A stretch of DNA of 64,000 nt, taken from the NCBI GenBank assembly GCA_963733095.1, contig CAVTBV010000007.1:64001-128000 (forward strand). Direction: 5' to 3'. Positions 61,340 through 64,000 of this stretch are shown one piece after another (the first letter of the stretch is position 1; every line of letters starts with the position of its first letter). The position numbers and the translations under genes are program-made. Source of the DNA: Candidatus Bathyarchaeota archaeon. Lineage in GTDB: Archaea; Thermoproteota; Bathyarchaeia; Bathyarchaeales; Bathycorpusculaceae. Below the pieces are notes generated by a model. It saw nothing but the letters and a program-made list of their open reading frames with translations, had not been told where the DNA came from and did no database searches.

Positions 61340-61747
61340 TTAGCTTATCCATAGGGTTTCGGGTAAGTCTTTGAAGTGCTCGTCTCCGGTTAGAACTTTG
61401 CATTGATTTATTCTAGCTGTTGCAAGGACTATAGCGTCGAATAGGCTGGGTGGGTTTTGTTTGGATCTTTTTGATTTTTCCACAAGTTCAAGGTGGCATT
61501 TTGCTGCTTCCAGAGCTAATGCTGAATCGATTTGGGTTATGTTTGAAGCCGCGTTGATCATGTCAAGCCATTCTGCGACTGTACTTTCATCGTTGCCTTC
61601 TCTTAGAAATTTTCGGGCGCTCTCAGCTAACACAATACTTGGAGTATAGACTTCTTCTGCGTTTTCAAGAATTTCCACCACTTTCTTGCCTTTTTCGCTT
61701 CCAAGCAGCAGCTCAACCCATGCATACGTGTCAATTACGATCTTCAC
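61340..61747 (-). CDS. vapC: VapC PIN toxin
   Basis: VIDTYAWVE, LAE, SLFDAIVLA, LTGDEHF. Confidence 0.92.
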   Translation of the reverse strand: MKIVIDTYAWVELLLGSEKGKKVVEILENAEEVYTPSIVLAESARKFLREGNDESTVAEWLDMINAASNITQIDSALALEAAKCHLELVEKSKRSKQNPPSLFDAIVLATARINQCKVLTGDEHFKDLPETLWIS

Positions 61748-61940
61748 CGCGGTCTGCCTCAGTATATGGTTTTAAACGGTTCTTTGCGGCGCCAAAGCCT
61801 TTGGTTAATGCAGCTTTTCGCTGTTTTTTGACCAGTAACTGAATTGTTTCGTCGAGATTTTGAGCGTCAAGTTTCTCTCTTAAATTTTCGAGTACTTGAG
61901 CAGTTTTTTTTGAAACACGAATGGTTGTCGTATCATTCAT
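61731..61940 (-). CDS. vapB: VapB-type RHH antitoxin
   Basis: TTTIRVSKKT..LDETI; ATATACAA direct repeats upstream (61959-61983). Confidence 0.8.
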   Translation of the reverse strand: MNDTTTIRVSKKTAQVLENLREKLDAQNLDETIQLLVKKQRKAALTKGFGAAKNRLKPYTEADRGEDRN

Positions 61941-62298
61941 TAAATCTACCCCTCTACACATATACAAATATACAAATATACAATCTGTTAGTTAAACCTT
62001 GCAGGCCACCTTTCTATGAAACAACATACCCCCTAATTCTTCGACAAAGATCTGCTAGAAAGGGTCTAGAGTTACTTCCATAGTGTAGCCTTCAAGGTCC
62101 AACTTTCTATCCTGCAGCAAAACCACATTCACCTTCGGAATCGAAATTCTTCCATCCATTGTCATTCTTGCCAAAAAAACCCGTGCAACAAACAACTATC
62201 AACAAAATAGAGATCAAAAATTTATCAGGCGACGCAGAGCATTATTTCTTATTCGGATCAAGACAAAAAAAGGGAAAGATTGGTTTAGTTTGGTATTT

Positions 62299-64000
62299 TT
62301 ATGGTCGTTTTCTGAGCATCAATAGAGCTAGCATAATGCCAACTACAATTATAGTGATAATTGTGGCAATTATTCCGGGCAGTATATATTGGTCAGACGT
62401 TGAAGCAGGTGCGGATGTTGGTCCAGCTGTTGATGCTGGTGCTTGCATTACTGTAAATCTGTCTTCTGTTGAAGATGGCCAGTAGCCATTGGTGCCTTGG
62501 AAGTTTGCGATAACAGTGAAGTCACCTGGAATGTCAGGTGTCCATGTTAAGCTGTAGGTGCCTGTTTCATCAGTTGTTGCCGTTCCAATAGTCCTATAGT
62601 TACCGTTAGAGTCCAAAACGTTTATCGTGACTGGAACGCCGGTGAAGTTGTTAGGCAGGGGTTTTTGTTGGTAGACGTAACCCATCCAGTCCTTCATGCT
62701 TGCGTCAGAAGCAACTGGAACTCCCTTGGGGAAGTCAGCTGCCTGCTGGTCTTGGTTTGTGCCTGCTGAAATATCCATTACTGTGCCTTTGATCACGATT
62801 GGTGTTCCCTCTGGCACACCCACGTTTGGTGCTGTGACGGTAGTTGTACTCGGTCCTCTGCCTACGCTGTAGATTTGGTTGTCGTATCCATTGTAAAATG
62901 TTGCAAAGCCATCTGCGATAGCGAAACTGATAAGATTAAATTCTCCAACGTATGATGAAAGAGTCCAAATTTCTTGTCCCGTGGATGCGTTAACAGCCCG
63001 TACTAGTGCACCTTTGTAAATTGGATCAGTGATAGTGTGTTCAGTGCTTGCCAAGTATATTACTCCATTACCGATAGCGTTTATGAAAGTTGGATATTCA
63101 CCATAAAAGACGTTCAAGCCCGCGTAAGTTGTGTTGCCTTCCCCGCCATTGCCAAAGGTAAACACCAAGTCTCCAGTTGTTAAATTCCAGCAGTACAGTA
63201 TTCCTGCGAATGCACTTGCGTAGAGGTTGCCGTAAGCAGCTTGATAGTCGGCGTCTGGAGTGCCGGGTTCGCCATAATAGTCAAAGGGTGCGCGAGGTTC
63301 AGTTGGACCCCATATTCTTTCGCCCGTGGCCAGGCTGTATCCTACAACTTGCATAGTTTCTCCATATGATTCAGTGAATACACCGTGTCCATTGTCGGCT
63401 GTTGGATCAATTACGCCTGATACGACAGTGAGGTTTCCTGCGGGAGGGTTATACGTCTTGGTCCAAAGTACCTGACCTATTGAGCCTTTAGAAGAGTCAA
63501 GATTGATGGTAAAGTAGGTGTATGGATCTTGCGGTAAACCATTTTTATTTGCTGCAAAACCATTAGGCAATGTACCGATTCTGCAAAGCAACAGATTGTT
63601 GGTGAAAGCTGCAACAATCGTAGGTGCTGAGGTCTGAGTATTAAGTGATGATATTGAAACGTTCCAGTCGTAAGTAGTTGTTCCGTGGCCAGAAAGAGTT
63701 CCGCCTATAGTAGAGGAGTTAAGTGGGACGTTTGCATCGACTATAAGCGCAGAGCCATAAGGTACCTGAGTGGTGCGTCCATTTGGCAGATAACCATTTG
63801 TGCCTGTAACTGGAATAGGGACATTTGTGACTAGGACTCCGTTGCTTGCATTTATGATGGACGGCGACAGGCTTCCGCCTCCAGTGTATGGGTTAATGTC
63901 GTATTGCCAAAGCTTGCTTGAGTTCCACTGAGCCAAATACCATTGTGGATTCGAATTTGTGCCTGCGTTTGCAAAGACATACCTCAATTGTTCACCGTTT
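62299..64000 (-). CDS. PQQ-like beta-propeller cell-surface protein (5' end outside window)
   Basis: Paralog of 24599-27202 (NGYDNQIY, DISAGT, YQQ, WTPDI, RKRP). Confidence 0.85.
   Translation of the reverse strand, partial: NGEQLRYVFANAGTNSNPQWYLAQWNSSKLWQYDINPYTGGGSLSPSIINASNGVLVTNVPIPVTGTNGYLPNGRTTQVPYGSALIVDANVPLNSSTIGGTLSGHGTTTYDWNVSISSLNTQTSAPTIVAAFTNNLLLCRIGTLPNGFAANKNGLPQDPYTYFTINLDSSKGSIGQVLWTKTYNPPAGNLTVVSGVIDPTADNGHGVFTESYGETMQVVGYSLATGERIWGPTEPRAPFDYYGEPGTPDADYQAAYGNLYASAFAGILYCWNLTTGDLVFTFGNGGEGNTTYAGLNVFYGEYPTFINAIGNGVIYLASTEHTITDPIYKGALVRAVNASTGQEIWTLSSYVGEFNLISFAIADGFATFYNGYDNQIYSVGRGPSTTTVTAPNVGVPEGTPIVIKGTVMDISAGTNQDQQAADFPKGVPVASDASMKDWMGYVYQQKPLPNNFTGVPVTINVLDSNGNYRTIGTATTDETGTYSLTWTPDIPGDFTVIANFQGTNGYWPSSTEDRFTVMQAPASTAGPTSAPASTSDQYILPGIIATIITIIVVGIMLALLMLRKRP

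Noticed and set aside
62144-62159. 16-bp match AAATTCTTCCATCCAT with 21075-21090
   Set aside because: Too short and isolated to interpret.

Overview
Archaeal DNA, most likely Bathyarchaeia. This is inferred from two paralogous PQQ-type beta-propeller surface proteins, a PEF-CTERM protein, an eL22-like ORF and leaderless/TATA promoters. The window is almost entirely accessory DNA. Layout: a copper-resistance island (0-6.1 kb); a ~16 kb field of unrelated single-gene modules separated by degenerate tRNA 3'-end (T-arm) elements and other dispersed repeats (6.2-22.6 kb), one of which is a three-copy nested-hairpin RNA candidate; a DUF72 pair with a PCNA-binding PIP box; surface proteins, a STAND-TPR regulator, an MFS transporter and glpX (22.7-37 kb); a heavily frameshifted glycosylation island (38-50 kb); an HTH / ParB-ABC ATPase-GNAT / PD-(D/E)xK nuclease module; a metzincin plus Cys-His enzyme plus stand-alone prodomain locus; and four tandem VapBC pairs spaced by a repeat (50-62 kb). 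I found no complete tRNA, rRNA, CRISPR array, integrase or transposase. All family calls come from motif recognition by eye, not from database searches.
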